Source: a virus (Duplodnaviria > Caudoviricetes). Taken from it: a DNA stretch of 64,000 bases. This document shows positions 10,030 through 20,150 of the stretch, piece by piece. The notes beneath the pieces are model-generated. The model saw nothing but the letters and a program-made list of their open reading frames with translations, searched no databases and was not told where the DNA came from. Position 1 is the first letter of the stretch. Every line of letters starts with the position of its first letter. The DNA lies in IMG/VR virus record IMGVR_UViG_3300017716_001697, positions 64,001 to 128,000 of that record. The stretch is one strand, 5' to 3'. The position numbers and the translations under genes were made by a program.

Positions 10030-10803
10030 ATGAACGAATTAGACAGAATGAGAAAACTTGCTGGTATACTTACTGAAAGTGTAATGGCAGTACCGGCAAT
10101 TGGAAATCAGGAAGACAATATGCAGACAGTAGGTACTATCGGTCGCGATAATGCTGACGCTTCCTTTGATGCTGCACAACCAGCAGTTGACGAAGGTGCA
10201 GGCAATCCGCTTGATGCTATGTTTAATGTATTCAACGCACGATTACAAGAGCTACTTTCGAGCGGCGTAGATCCACAGGAAGCTGTAGATGTAATTCAGC
10301 AAGAAATGGACCAAGAAGGCATCGAAGCCGATCAGCAAGATGCGATTATGGACATGTTGAATGATAGCGTTAGCAATAGTGATAGTGGTGATAATGATAA
10401 TAACACTTGTGTTGCTTGCAATGGTTCCGGCGAAGGCCAGTACGATGGCACACGTTGTTCTTCGTGTGGCGGATCTGGTGTAGATCAAGGCGAACAAGAT
10501 GACGATGATTTCGATCCACCCGATGATGACGGCGATGACTACATTGGCCCTTTTGAAGAAGCTGCGCCAGAGCACGAATTCGATGAAGCATTTGACTTGC
10601 AGAATGGGTATGATGACGAACATGACGCCAGCGGCAACGACTATTTCCCGAATGGTGCCGATAGTCCAGTTGTATCTCGTGTAGGTCCATCCGGTGCCCG
10701 CCACGGTGACAATCCTGAGCAAAAGAAAATGGCTGTTGCTGAAACACATAAAGAGCTAGTATACAATTACAGAAAGTTCATTAAGGAATCTTCTAAGAAA
10801 TAA
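10030..10803 (+). CDS. acidic late protein with DnaJ-type zinc finger
   Basis: CVACNGSG...CSSCGGSG; N-terminal ELDRMRKLAGI motif. Confidence 0.65.
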   Translation: MNELDRMRKLAGILTESVMAVPAIGNQEDNMQTVGTIGRDNADASFDAAQPAVDEGAGNPLDAMFNVFNARLQELLSSGVDPQEAVDVIQQEMDQEGIEADQQDAIMDMLNDSVSNSDSGDNDNNTCVACNGSGEGQYDGTRCSSCGGSGVDQGEQDDDDFDPPDDDGDDYIGPFEEAAPEHEFDEAFDLQNGYDDEHDASGNDYFPNGADSPVVSRVGPSGARHGDNPEQKKMAVAETHKELVYNYRKFIKESSKK

Positions 10804-10804
10804 C

Positions 10805-12379
10805 ATGGCAATTTATCAAGATGATACGTTAGTAAAGCGCGCCTACACTAAGGTATCGTATTCTACTGAGCAAATTGATCAATTAAGGGCATGTATGGAT
10901 CCGGAAACTGGTCCATTGTACTTCATACAGAATTTCATGTATGTTCAGCACCCTACAAAGGGTAAACAGAAACTTGAGTTGTTTGATTATCAGATTGAGT
11001 TATTAGAAAATTACACCAAATATAGAAAATCTGTAAACATGTTGGGGCGACAGCTAGGTAAGACTACTGTCGCATCTGGTTATTTACTTTGGTACGCTAT
11101 GTTTGTTGAAGATGCAACTATTCTTATTGCATCAAACAAGTATGATGGTGCACAGGAAATTATGCACCGTGTTAGATATGCATATGAATCTGTACCCGAC
11201 CATATTCGCGCAGGTGTAAAGACATACAACAAACGTTCCATTGACTTTGATAATGGGTCACGTATTGTAGGAACAACTACAACAGAAAATACAGGTCGAG
11301 GAATGTCCTTGTCACTTGTTTATCTTGACGAATTTGCGTTCGTTGAACCGAATATTGCTAAAGAATTCTGGACATCGCTATCTCCCACGCTGTCAACTGG
11401 CGGTAAATGCATTATTACATCAACACCGAATACCGATGAAGATCAATTTGCTGATATCTGGTTCGGTGCTAATAGGCAAGTCGATGCTAATGGTAATGAA
11501 ACAGTATTAGGTGCAAATGGATTCCATCCATTTATAACGACCTGGGTGGCACACCCTGATAGAGATCAAGCGTGGGCTGATTCGGAAATGGCTGCTTTAG
11601 GTGAGGATAGATTCTTGCGCGAACACAATTGCGAATTTATTACATTCGAAGAAACATTAATTAACCCTATAAAGTTAAATCAGTTATCTTCAATTCAGCC
11701 TATTAAGAAAACAGGACAAGTCAGGTGGTTTGCCCCTGTACACCATGATTGCACATATGTAGTTGGACTAGATCCATCAATGGGTACCGGTGGTGACAAT
11801 GCTGCTATACAGGTATTAGAATTACCGTCGCTAATTCAGGTCGCAGAATGGAGCAGTAACAAGGCCCCAATTGAAGAACAAGTTAAAACTCTTAGAAAGA
11901 TATTGCAGGATATAAGGGACGAATGTAATCCGGAGATTTACTGGTCAGTTGAAAGTAATACACTGGGAGAAGCGGCATTGGTTGTTATTAGAGATACAGG
12001 CGAAGAAAACTTTGCAGGTACTATGTTGCATGATCCTAAGAACAGGCTGCAGGGCAGGACAGGTCGTCGTGCTGGATTTGTTACAACCAATAAGTCGAAA
12101 CTAGAATGTTGCGCAAAATTAAAGTTCTTGATAGAATCTAATCGAATGAAAATGAACTCTAAGGGATTATTGTCAGAATTGAAAGTATTCGTTTCTCGTG
12201 GTAATACATTTGAAGCCCGAGTAGGACAAACCGATGACTTAATCATGGCAATGATACTTGTTGTAAGAATGCTTGATTACATATCTACATGGGACGACAA
12301 GTCTCAAGCAGCTATAAACAGCAACGTGGCAGATGCTGATGAAAGTAGTTATGATTCACCTATGCCAATTTGTATCTAG
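10805..12379 (+). CDS. terminase large subunit (gp17-like)
   Basis: RQLGKT Walker A, LVYLDEFAF Walker B, ITSTPN, GLDPS, DDLIMA nuclease motifs. Confidence 0.97.
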   Translation: MAIYQDDTLVKRAYTKVSYSTEQIDQLRACMDPETGPLYFIQNFMYVQHPTKGKQKLELFDYQIELLENYTKYRKSVNMLGRQLGKTTVASGYLLWYAMFVEDATILIASNKYDGAQEIMHRVRYAYESVPDHIRAGVKTYNKRSIDFDNGSRIVGTTTTENTGRGMSLSLVYLDEFAFVEPNIAKEFWTSLSPTLSTGGKCIITSTPNTDEDQFADIWFGANRQVDANGNETVLGANGFHPFITTWVAHPDRDQAWADSEMAALGEDRFLREHNCEFITFEETLINPIKLNQLSSIQPIKKTGQVRWFAPVHHDCTYVVGLDPSMGTGGDNAAIQVLELPSLIQVAEWSSNKAPIEEQVKTLRKILQDIRDECNPEIYWSVESNTLGEAALVVIRDTGEENFAGTMLHDPKNRLQGRTGRRAGFVTTNKSKLECCAKLKFLIESNRMKMNSKGLLSELKVFVSRGNTFEARVGQTDDLIMAMILVVRMLDYISTWDDKSQAAINSNVADADESSYDSPMPICI

Positions 12380-12421
12380 TTTCCCCAAAGATAGATAAAT
12401 AAGGGAATAAGGAACATAATC

Positions 12422-14092
12422 ATGGCTGAATTAAATACCATTGCTGAAAAGATATTCTCTCTTTTAAAGGGCAACGGGTTAAAAATCAAAATATTTGATG
12501 TAGATGGTAACGAAGTTACTGATCCATCTATGGGCCGCAGGTTTTTCATAAATGATCCGAACATTATGGTTACATTAGACGAAGAGTCTGGTGAAATCGA
12601 AATGAGCCGGGGATCAAATGTCGATGGCGCTCAAATAGATAAATTACAACAGAACATGAGACGTATTGCTGACCTAGACCAGATGAACTTTAGTACTAAG
12701 GTTTTCGGTAAATCTATTCAACCACGCGATTATGCCTACCAAGCAAAGAAACAAAAGGATACACCGATGATGGAAAATAATGCACTTAAACCACACAATC
12801 ACCAATTACTTGGTAAGGTATTGCACAAGGTAAGATTTTTCGGTGGATCACCTGCTGCTACTATTGCAGATGACTTGGGATTACCACTTAGTGATATTCA
12901 ACCTATATTAAACAAACTAGTTACCGATGGTAAGCTTTCTGCCGAACATAATGCTCATGGTGAAATAGAATACTCCGCAGCAGTTGACGAAGCAGTCATG
13001 GAAACATCGACTGAAAAATTAGCGAAGTATAAGACAGCAGCCGGCGCAGATGCTAGGAAAGCTGATGCAGAGGGTGATTACAAGCGTGGCGACAAGCGAT
13101 TTAAAGGGATTGTTAAAGCAACTAAGAAACAATTTGCTAACGATGCTAAACCAAAGCAGACAGAATCTGTATTAGAAAGTTTTAGTAGAATGTTTGGTTC
13201 TGCAAAGACATCACAGCAGACATTGGAAAACGTGCGAATTTTAGTTCGTCACAAGGTGCCTGTATCAGAAGAAGTACGTGGCTCACGTTCTCGCCATATT
13301 AGCGCAATTTTCTTAGAATGCAACGGTGAACGTATGCGCTTTAAAGAGAATTATCTGCCGGGCGCACGAGCAATGGCCCAGCATTTGGCACACGGTGGTG
13401 CAATGACTGATAAGGTGGGGTCGTATATTAGCGAGAGTACCAGTCAGTTGTTAAAGCTTCAATCATTCAACCGTTATGTGACTACCAACAAACTCATCAA
13501 CGAAGATAGTTCAGGTATTGTCGAAACAGTAAAAGAAAATATTCAGACATTAAGATCTGAATTAAAGAAACTAACCGGATCTAAGACATACGAAACAATT
13601 AAAGCTCGTTTAGAAACATTTGAACGCGAAGCTCTTGCAGAAGACGACACAAGTGGTTTGAAGGAATTGTTTACTATTCGTCGCTTCGATGAAAAGTTTG
13701 AAGAAGTGTTGCCTATTGTTAAACAACTTGTACAAGAGAAAGATACATATCATAAGCGAATCGAAGAAGCAGCAAGCAATGTAGTTGTATTACGCCGTGA
13801 AGCATTGAGCGCAGCACCTATCTTTGAATTTGCAAGCGATAATGCACGTCTTGGTTTCAAGATTAACGAATTATCTTTACGTATATCCGAAAATGAAGAA
13901 CTTGCAGGCTTCGTTAATAAGATTGGTACCAAATTGTGCAAGGAAGGTATTGTAAATGATTTCGAACGTGCTGTATTGACACAGGTATTAGAAAATATGC
14001 AAGTGGTAGACACAGTTGTTAAGAAACAAGACATGACTGAATCAACCGACATTGACTCATTCTTTGACCGATACATATTAAATTTCATGTAA
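12422..14092 (+). CDS. late hypothetical protein with embedded winged-HTH-like segment
   Basis: 556-aa ORF, GATAAATA at 12394; PAATIADDLGLPLSDIQPILNKLVTDGKL segment. Confidence 0.6.
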   Translation: MAELNTIAEKIFSLLKGNGLKIKIFDVDGNEVTDPSMGRRFFINDPNIMVTLDEESGEIEMSRGSNVDGAQIDKLQQNMRRIADLDQMNFSTKVFGKSIQPRDYAYQAKKQKDTPMMENNALKPHNHQLLGKVLHKVRFFGGSPAATIADDLGLPLSDIQPILNKLVTDGKLSAEHNAHGEIEYSAAVDEAVMETSTEKLAKYKTAAGADARKADAEGDYKRGDKRFKGIVKATKKQFANDAKPKQTESVLESFSRMFGSAKTSQQTLENVRILVRHKVPVSEEVRGSRSRHISAIFLECNGERMRFKENYLPGARAMAQHLAHGGAMTDKVGSYISESTSQLLKLQSFNRYVTTNKLINEDSSGIVETVKENIQTLRSELKKLTGSKTYETIKARLETFEREALAEDDTSGLKELFTIRRFDEKFEEVLPIVKQLVQEKDTYHKRIEEAASNVVVLRREALSAAPIFEFASDNARLGFKINELSLRISENEELAGFVNKIGTKLCKEGIVNDFERAVLTQVLENMQVVDTVVKKQDMTESTDIDSFFDRYILNFM

Positions 14093-14099
14093 GAAGTCC

Positions 14100-14128
14100 T
14101 TGACTTTACGCACAGGTTTTCGTATACT
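14100..14128 (+). promoter_or_regulatory. sigma70-type promoter (gp32)
   Basis: TTGACT-17-TATACT. Confidence 0.8.
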
Positions 14129-14287
14129 AGCTACTTGCTAGGCGAAAACCTGTTCTGCTTTTTAGACCAATAAAATGCAGTTCTTAGGCTAAAATAGATA
14201 AATATGTTTGTTAGTTAAGAAGTAACGCATTTTAACTAAAATAATGAAAAAGCAAAAAACCGCGTTCAATAAAAGGAAATAAAAATC

Positions 14288-15331
14288 ATGTCAAAAACAC
14301 TAGACGAAATCAGAAAAAAATTGCAAGCCATGGACAATCGCAAAGGTGGCGCAGCAGGCGGATTCAGTAATGATAAGTTGACTTATCCACACTGGAACAT
14401 CGCAGAAGGAACCCAATCAATTTTAAGACTATTACCAGACGGTAATGAAGAAAATACATTCTTCTGGGTGGAACGTCAACTCATTAAACTTACATTCCCG
14501 GGAATTAAGGGCCACGATGAGAACAAGGCAGTTGAAGTACAAGTACCGTGTATCGAAATGTGGGATGGCAAGAATACATGCCCAATCTTAAATGAAGTTC
14601 GTCCAATGTGGAAAGACAAAGCACTCGAAGATACAGCACGTAAGTACTGGATCAAGAAGTCTTATTTCGCACAAGGTTTCGTTAAGCAAGACGGTATCGG
14701 CGAGCAAGACGCACCAGCTAATCCTATTCGTAAGTTCATCATCAGCCCACAGATTTTCAAGATCTTCCAGGCTGCATTAATGGATGTTGATATGGAAAAC
14801 AGCCCAGTTGATTTTATCAACGGCACTGACTTTATTGTCGCTAAGACAAGCAAGGGTGGATTTGCTGATTATAGCACATCGAAGTGGGCACGTAAGGAAT
14901 CTAGCCTGACTCCAGAACAATTGGCAGCAATTGAACAATACGGTCTTGTAGACTTGAGCGAGTATCTTCCAAAGCGTCCAACTCAAGAGCATCTAGATGC
15001 AATGTTCGAAATGTTCCAAGCATCCCTTGATGGTGAATTGTATGACCCAGCACGTTGGGCTAAATTCTACAAGCCATACGGATTTGATTCTGCACCATCC
15101 GGTGATAGCGAGTCCCGTCCAGTGACACGCCCAGCACCAGCTGTGAGCGCACCAGTTACTAAGCCACTGATCGTTCGCGATCCAGTTGACGAAGATTTGG
15201 AAGCCGATTTGCAAGCCGCAGAGGCACCGGTAGCCGCACCAGTTAAGGAACTTGTTGGCGAAACAGCAGCACCTGCTGGCAAGTCACCACAAGAAATCCT
15301 TGCAATGCTGCGCAATCGCAAGACAGCATAA
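14288..15331 (+). CDS. single-stranded DNA-binding protein (T4 gp32-like)
   Basis: ILRLLPD.N...FW, VPCIEMW...CPIL, YWIKKSY, G.DF, YSTSKW; acidic/Pro-rich tail. Confidence 0.92.
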   Translation: MSKTLDEIRKKLQAMDNRKGGAAGGFSNDKLTYPHWNIAEGTQSILRLLPDGNEENTFFWVERQLIKLTFPGIKGHDENKAVEVQVPCIEMWDGKNTCPILNEVRPMWKDKALEDTARKYWIKKSYFAQGFVKQDGIGEQDAPANPIRKFIISPQIFKIFQAALMDVDMENSPVDFINGTDFIVAKTSKGGFADYSTSKWARKESSLTPEQLAAIEQYGLVDLSEYLPKRPTQEHLDAMFEMFQASLDGELYDPARWAKFYKPYGFDSAPSGDSESRPVTRPAPAVSAPVTKPLIVRDPVDEDLEADLQAAEAPVAAPVKELVGETAAPAGKSPQEILAMLRNRKTA

Positions 15332-15352
15332 TCTAAATACAGTAAGATAAAA

Positions 15353-15379
15353 AGATAAGCAACATCACGTTGCTTATCT
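15353..15379 (+). terminator. hairpin after gp32
   Basis: AGATAAGCAAC / GTTGCTTATCT 11-bp stem; weak T tail. Confidence 0.6.
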
Positions 15380-15405
15380 CACTGTAACCAAAATTTAGGA
15401 GAAAC

Positions 15406-16476
15406 ATGGCAAAACCAATAGATATTTCAAAATTTCGTAAGAGTATTACGAAAAGCATTGCCGGAATAAGTGCAGGCTTTCACGACCCAGACACGTGGAT
15501 TAGCACAGGAAACTATGCATTAAACTTTTTAATCAGTGGAGACTTTAATAAGGGAATTCCTTTAGGTAAGGTATCTATGTTTTCCGGCCAATCCGGCGCC
15601 GGCAAGAGTTACATTGTATCAGGCAATATTGTAAAGAATGCACAAGAACAAGGCATTTATTGCATTGTGATGGACACAGAAAATGCGCTAGACGAAGCAT
15701 GGTTACATGCTTTAGGAGTTGACACATCAGAGGACAAGTTACTGAAATTAAATGTATCGCAAATTAATGATGCAGCGCAGATTATCAACGACTTCGTTAA
15801 AGAGTACAAGACACAGGCGCCGGAAGACAGACAGAAGATTTTGTTTGTTATCGACTCAATCGGTATGATGTCGTCAGCAATCGGCGCAGCACAATTTGAG
15901 AAGAATGAAATGAAGGGTGACTTTGGATCAAAGCCAAAGGAATTAATGGCTCTTGTTCGTAACTGCTTGAATATGTTCGGCGACCTTAACATTGGATTGG
16001 TTTGCACCAATCACAGTTATAGTTCACAAGATCCGTATTCGCCTGATGATAAGATTAGTGGTGGATCAGGCCCAGTCTATGCGTCTAGTATTGTAATTGC
16101 TATGAAGCAATTGAAATTGAAAGAAGACGAAGACGGTAACAAGACAAAAGAAGTTGCTGGTATTAGAGCAGGTTGTAAAGTGATGAAGACGCGATTCAAT
16201 AAGCCGTTTGAAGATATTGAATTACAAATTCCTTACGATACAGGTATGTCTCCTTACAGTGGATTCTTTGACTTGATTGAGAAGAAGACTTTTGTAGTGA
16301 AAGAGGGAAACAGGTATGTATACACTGACCTTAATGGCGAACTACATAAGTATTTCAGGAAGCAATGGAATAAGAACGAAAATGGTGTTATGGATTTGGT
16401 AATGTCTGAGTTTGCCGAAAAAGTAAAGGCACAGGACGCACTGGCCACAGAATTAGAATCAGCGGAGGAAATGTAA
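15406..16476 (+). CDS. uvsX: RecA-like recombinase UvsX
   Basis: ISTGNYALN, GQSGAGKS, DTENALD, VIDSIGM, GGSGPVYASS, KTRFNKPF. Confidence 0.93.
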   Translation: MAKPIDISKFRKSITKSIAGISAGFHDPDTWISTGNYALNFLISGDFNKGIPLGKVSMFSGQSGAGKSYIVSGNIVKNAQEQGIYCIVMDTENALDEAWLHALGVDTSEDKLLKLNVSQINDAAQIINDFVKEYKTQAPEDRQKILFVIDSIGMMSSAIGAAQFEKNEMKGDFGSKPKELMALVRNCLNMFGDLNIGLVCTNHSYSSQDPYSPDDKISGGSGPVYASSIVIAMKQLKLKEDEDGNKTKEVAGIRAGCKVMKTRFNKPFEDIELQIPYDTGMSPYSGFFDLIEKKTFVVKEGNRYVYTDLNGELHKYFRKQWNKNENGVMDLVMSEFAEKVKAQDALATELESAEEM

Positions 16477-16477
16477 T

Positions 16478-16720
16478 ATGGTAAACGAAAATAACGAATT
16501 AATTATAGAATTATGGTCAAGATTGAAATCTCATATTCCTCCTAAGGAGCGTCTAGAGGTTGCTGATATTTTGATTGTCGTGTTTGACGAATTCGGAAAG
16601 GTCGACGACGATCTAATGGATGAAGACCTAGATAAAGAACTTCGTGCTGCTGTAAGAAGTCATATCGGTGACCCACTAGATGTTGAGGACGACGAGGCAC
16701 TAGATGACGACGAATATTGA
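16478..16720 (+). CDS. hypothetical acidic protein
   Basis: 80-aa ORF packed in the operon. Confidence 0.6.
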   Translation: MVNENNELIIELWSRLKSHIPPKERLEVADILIVVFDEFGKVDDDLMDEDLDKELRAAVRSHIGDPLDVEDDEALDDDEY

Positions 16721-17009
16721 TATAGGTGTAGCATTACTTGAGTCAATCAAAAGTAAGGATGCTCAGCAAGCCCTAACACAGGTCCAACAGTTTAGCGACA
16801 ATATGAGAAACGTAACTGTTGGTGCAGACTATGTTATGTGGATTACTGAGCCAGTAAATCTGACTAGTGTACATAAGGCATTAGCGGAAGACCTTGCAGT
16901 CCCTCCACGATTATTAGCGATTAGACGATCAGCGATGAGTAGAACACAGAAGGGCGCTCTGTTAGTGCAGGCAATGGTGCTGGCAATTAAAAGGGTTCAC
17001 AATTTATGA
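16704..17009 (+). CDS. hypothetical protein
   Basis: 101-aa ORF overlapping its neighbours. Confidence 0.55.
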   Translation: MTTNIDIGVALLESIKSKDAQQALTQVQQFSDNMRNVTVGADYVMWITEPVNLTSVHKALAEDLAVPPRLLAIRRSAMSRTQKGALLVQAMVLAIKRVHNL

Positions 17010-17164
17010 AATTTACTAACATTGGAATAAATGCGGATTCGGAAATCTTTGTAACTGTTGATGATAAAAATATCTTATTCTCTGATTTTATTAACGAATT
17101 AGTTGATAAAAGGGTTGCTGAAATTTTGGAAAAGAAAGAAATTAATGTCGCATTGGTATTATAA
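17006..17164 (+). CDS. small hypothetical protein (52 aa, below ORF-track cutoff)
   Basis: MKFTNIGINADSEIFVTVDDK...; ATGA-type overlap with the upstream stop; fills the gap. Confidence 0.55.
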   Translation: MKFTNIGINADSEIFVTVDDKNILFSDFINELVDKRVAEILEKKEINVALVL

Positions 17165-17606
17165 GGTAACTGGCAATCTTGGACTAATACCTGATTTTAT
17201 TGATTATTTCGAAGGCGAGTTGGTTACAGCTCGCCTCGAATTATCTCTGAAGGGCAAGAGTCTAGAGAGGCATGCGGCCGAATTACCCGGCCTAGTTGAA
17301 CAACGATATGCTCAATTGCAAGAAATTGAAGCAGTACTCGAATTCTTAAATATTAAGCTACGAAAAGATCGATCAGCTGAATTCAAAAAATTCCTAGAAG
17401 CGTATAACAAGGCACTGAGTTCACGCGATGCAGAAAAATATGTCGACGGTGTGCAGAGCATTGTTGATAGCACATATCTTATCAACGAAGTTGCATTGCT
17501 ACGAAACAAATTTCTAGCAATAACTAAGGGCTTTGAAGCAAAGAACTTCATGACTGGACACATAATTAAACTAAGGGCCGCAGGTCTTGATGACGCACAT
17601 ATTTAA
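17145..17606 (+). CDS. uvsY: recombination mediator UvsY
   Basis: Helical; YLEAYNKALSSRDAEKYVDG, KGFEAK; lies between uvsX and uvsW; likely start MSHWYY. Confidence 0.8.
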   Translation: MSHWYYKVTGNLGLIPDFIDYFEGELVTARLELSLKGKSLERHAAELPGLVEQRYAQLQEIEAVLEFLNIKLRKDRSAEFKKFLEAYNKALSSRDAEKYVDGVQSIVDSTYLINEVALLRNKFLAITKGFEAKNFMTGHIIKLRAAGLDDAHI

Positions 17607-19066
17607 TGACAAAAACAACACTACATATTATCGATGAAGTAAACATAAAATTCAGCGATCTAGATCCTGCATGCAGACGCAAAATGGTTCAGTCGCTCGA
17701 ATTTATGTTACCGTATGCCAGACACACGCCTGCATTCAAACTAGGAAGATGGGATGGTAAGATGTCATTCTGTGACATTGGCGCAAGATCGTACCTGAAT
17801 CTCTTAGATGTGTTATTGCCCATTGTTACTCAGCACGGTTACGAAGTTGAAATAGAAGATCACCGCCAACCTGCACAAGATTTTGTGTTTGATTTAGTTG
17901 AGGGAGATAGTTATTCGCACATCACATGGCCACCGGGTCATCCTAAGGCAGGCGAACCCATTGAAGTCAGGGAACACCAGCTAGATGTTATCAACTCTTA
18001 CCTAGAGAATATAACAGGCATTAACATAGCGCCAACAGGCGCTGGTAAGACGATTATAACTGCGATTTTGAGTCATAAAATCGAACCATACGGCCGAAGC
18101 ATCGTAATAGTACCCACTAAGGATCTTGTTACGCAAACTGAAGAAGATTACATCAACTTCGGATTAGATGTCGGGGTGTTCTTTGGTGATAGAAAGGAGT
18201 ATGGTAAGACCCATACTATATGTACATGGCAAAGCTTAGAAAGCCTGAACAAGCGTTCAAAAGAAACAGATTTAGAGGTCGATATAAACGATTTCTTCGA
18301 TGGCGTGGTGTGCGTCATAGTGGACGAAGTACACAAAGCGAAAGCAGATGTATTGAGAAAGCTATTATCGACCTATTTAGCAAACGCACCGATTAGGTGG
18401 GGACTCACCGGTACCATGCCAGAAGAAGAGGCAGATAAGGTCGGTGTCCGCGCCTGTATCGGTCCTATGTTAGGTCAAATCAATACAAGGGAATTACAGG
18501 ACAAAGGTATTCTTGCTAATCTGCATGTGAACGTATGGCAATTGCAGGATGTAGGACAGGCTGCTAGTGGAAATTATCAGACAGAGCTAAAATGGCTAAC
18601 TACTAATAAGAAACGCTTAGAGTATATTGCCAAACAGGCAATAACGGTAGCAGAATCCGGTAACACACTTATACTGGTTGATCGTGTCGAGACAGGTGAG
18701 ATGTTACAATCATTAATACCTGATTCTATCTTTGTCTCAGGGAAGATGAAGTCAAAGGATAGAAAAGAGGAATATAGAGAGGTACAGGAAGTTGATGGCA
18801 AAGTTATTATTGCAACGTATGGCGTTGCTTCTACTGGTATTAATATTGTTCGTATTTTTAATTTAATTCTTTTCGAAGCTGGGAAGAGTTTTGTTAGAGT
18901 TATACAGAGTATTGGTCGCGGCATCCGTGTTGCAGCCGATAAGGACTTTGTTAATGTCTACGATATCTGCTCAAATTGCAAATACAGTAAGAGCCATCTG
19001 ACTAAACGTAAGAAGTTTTATAAAGACGCTGAATATCCATTCAGTATAACTAAAATTAATTATTAA
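17606..19066 (+). CDS. uvsW: SF2 helicase UvsW
   Basis: APTGAGKT, VDEVH, GLTGT, TGINI, QSIGRGIR. Confidence 0.93.
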   Translation: MTKTTLHIIDEVNIKFSDLDPACRRKMVQSLEFMLPYARHTPAFKLGRWDGKMSFCDIGARSYLNLLDVLLPIVTQHGYEVEIEDHRQPAQDFVFDLVEGDSYSHITWPPGHPKAGEPIEVREHQLDVINSYLENITGINIAPTGAGKTIITAILSHKIEPYGRSIVIVPTKDLVTQTEEDYINFGLDVGVFFGDRKEYGKTHTICTWQSLESLNKRSKETDLEVDINDFFDGVVCVIVDEVHKAKADVLRKLLSTYLANAPIRWGLTGTMPEEEADKVGVRACIGPMLGQINTRELQDKGILANLHVNVWQLQDVGQAASGNYQTELKWLTTNKKRLEYIAKQAITVAESGNTLILVDRVETGEMLQSLIPDSIFVSGKMKSKDRKEEYREVQEVDGKVIIATYGVASTGINIVRIFNLILFEAGKSFVRVIQSIGRGIRVAADKDFVNVYDICSNCKYSKSHLTKRKKFYKDAEYPFSITKINY

Positions 19067-19389
19067 TGAAAACAGTTCAATTAGATATTGATGTAAGGCA
19101 TCATAATCTCATGAAGATATTCTTTGAAGCAAACGATTTATTTAAATTAGGCTTCACATTAGATATTGTTGATCGGGATTATGATACCCCGATGACAATA
19201 ACCTCCCCTGATGGCATTCAGCGTACCTATTCGTTTTCACAGACTAAGAAAGTATTAGAGTATACGTACGATGATGAAGACGAGTATCAGGTCGGCAAAA
19301 TAGTCGACCTTAGTCTTAAACATTTAGGATTCAACAATATGCTGCATGATTTTTTAAATAAATGTGGTGTTTCACAGCACGGCGCATAA
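19066..19389 (+). CDS. hypothetical protein
   Basis: 107-aa ORF with stop/start overlap. Confidence 0.6.
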   Translation: MKTVQLDIDVRHHNLMKIFFEANDLFKLGFTLDIVDRDYDTPMTITSPDGIQRTYSFSQTKKVLEYTYDDEDEYQVGKIVDLSLKHLGFNNMLHDFLNKCGVSQHGA

Positions 19390-19628
19390 TGCACTCAGTT
19401 CGCACAACGATTCCACGCTGGCAAGCTAGTGACTTTAGAATATTTCTAGAAGCGCACGATCTAGAAGAGCTTATAGTGGGTGATTATGAAAATATAACAG
19501 ACACATGGTATTCAACTAGACTGGTCTGTTATGCATACAGCGATTCATCTACGAAAGCCATTGCGAATATGACCTATATTACGTTAAAATACGGTAGTGT
19601 AGAAAAAGCATTCGACGAATTAACATAA
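19389..19628 (+). CDS. small hypothetical protein
   Basis: ATG overlaps the upstream stop; C-terminal ITLKYGS motif. Confidence 0.55.
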   Translation: MHSVRTTIPRWQASDFRIFLEAHDLEELIVGDYENITDTWYSTRLVCYAYSDSSTKAIANMTYITLKYGSVEKAFDELT

Positions 19629-19646
19629 TTATAAAGAGGCATTAAA

Positions 19647-20150
19647 ATTAACATCTTAACCAACGACAACGTAGCATATAATCTCGATAAGGTCCCTAAT
19701 GAGATTGAAGACATTAGATATTGTGTATTAGATTACTCCAATCCTAAAGAACCAGATTATTTCTTTATTCCGCTGATATTCCTTGAAAGTTTTTATGCAC
19801 CAGCTGTGGTATTGCAGATAGACAAGTATAAGATACAGATGCCACTCGATTGGTCGATTCTAGTATGCGATGACAGCTATAGTGATATCGAAATTATGCC
19901 ATTGACAAGTCTTAATGATCGAGGCTTTTGTACAATGGTATTTAATCCATTGAGGCATATGGTCCCTCGTCCAAAAGAAATTGCTATTACTAATGTATAT
20001 GCCGAAGTCAAATGGTTCTTCCCTAAATTAAAACACGGTAATATTCTTGTAGTACCTTTAGAAGACGGTCCATTCCCTAATTGTGCGTTATTTGTTAAAG
20101 AAGTAAACAAATTGCCTGAAGTAATTGATATTGGAGCACTCTTTGAGTAA
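19647..20150 (+). CDS. hypothetical protein, probable ATT start
   Basis: Frame open from 19635; AGAGG 7 nt before ATT 19647; reads (M)NILTNDNVAYNLDKVPNEIEDIRYCVLD... into the tracked ORF 19806. Confidence 0.65.
   Translation: MNILTNDNVAYNLDKVPNEIEDIRYCVLDYSNPKEPDYFFIPLIFLESFYAPAVVLQIDKYKIQMPLDWSILVCDDSYSDIEIMPLTSLNDRGFCTMVFNPLRHMVPRPKEIAITNVYAEVKWFFPKLKHGNILVVPLEDGPFPNCALFVKEVNKLPEVIDIGALFE

Noticed and set aside
14092-14288. tRNA or structured ncRNA in the larger intergenic gaps (also 54728-54855, 57416-57527)
   Set aside because: No cloverleaf or T-loop (GTTCGA) signature; the gaps are explained by promoters, UTRs and terminators.
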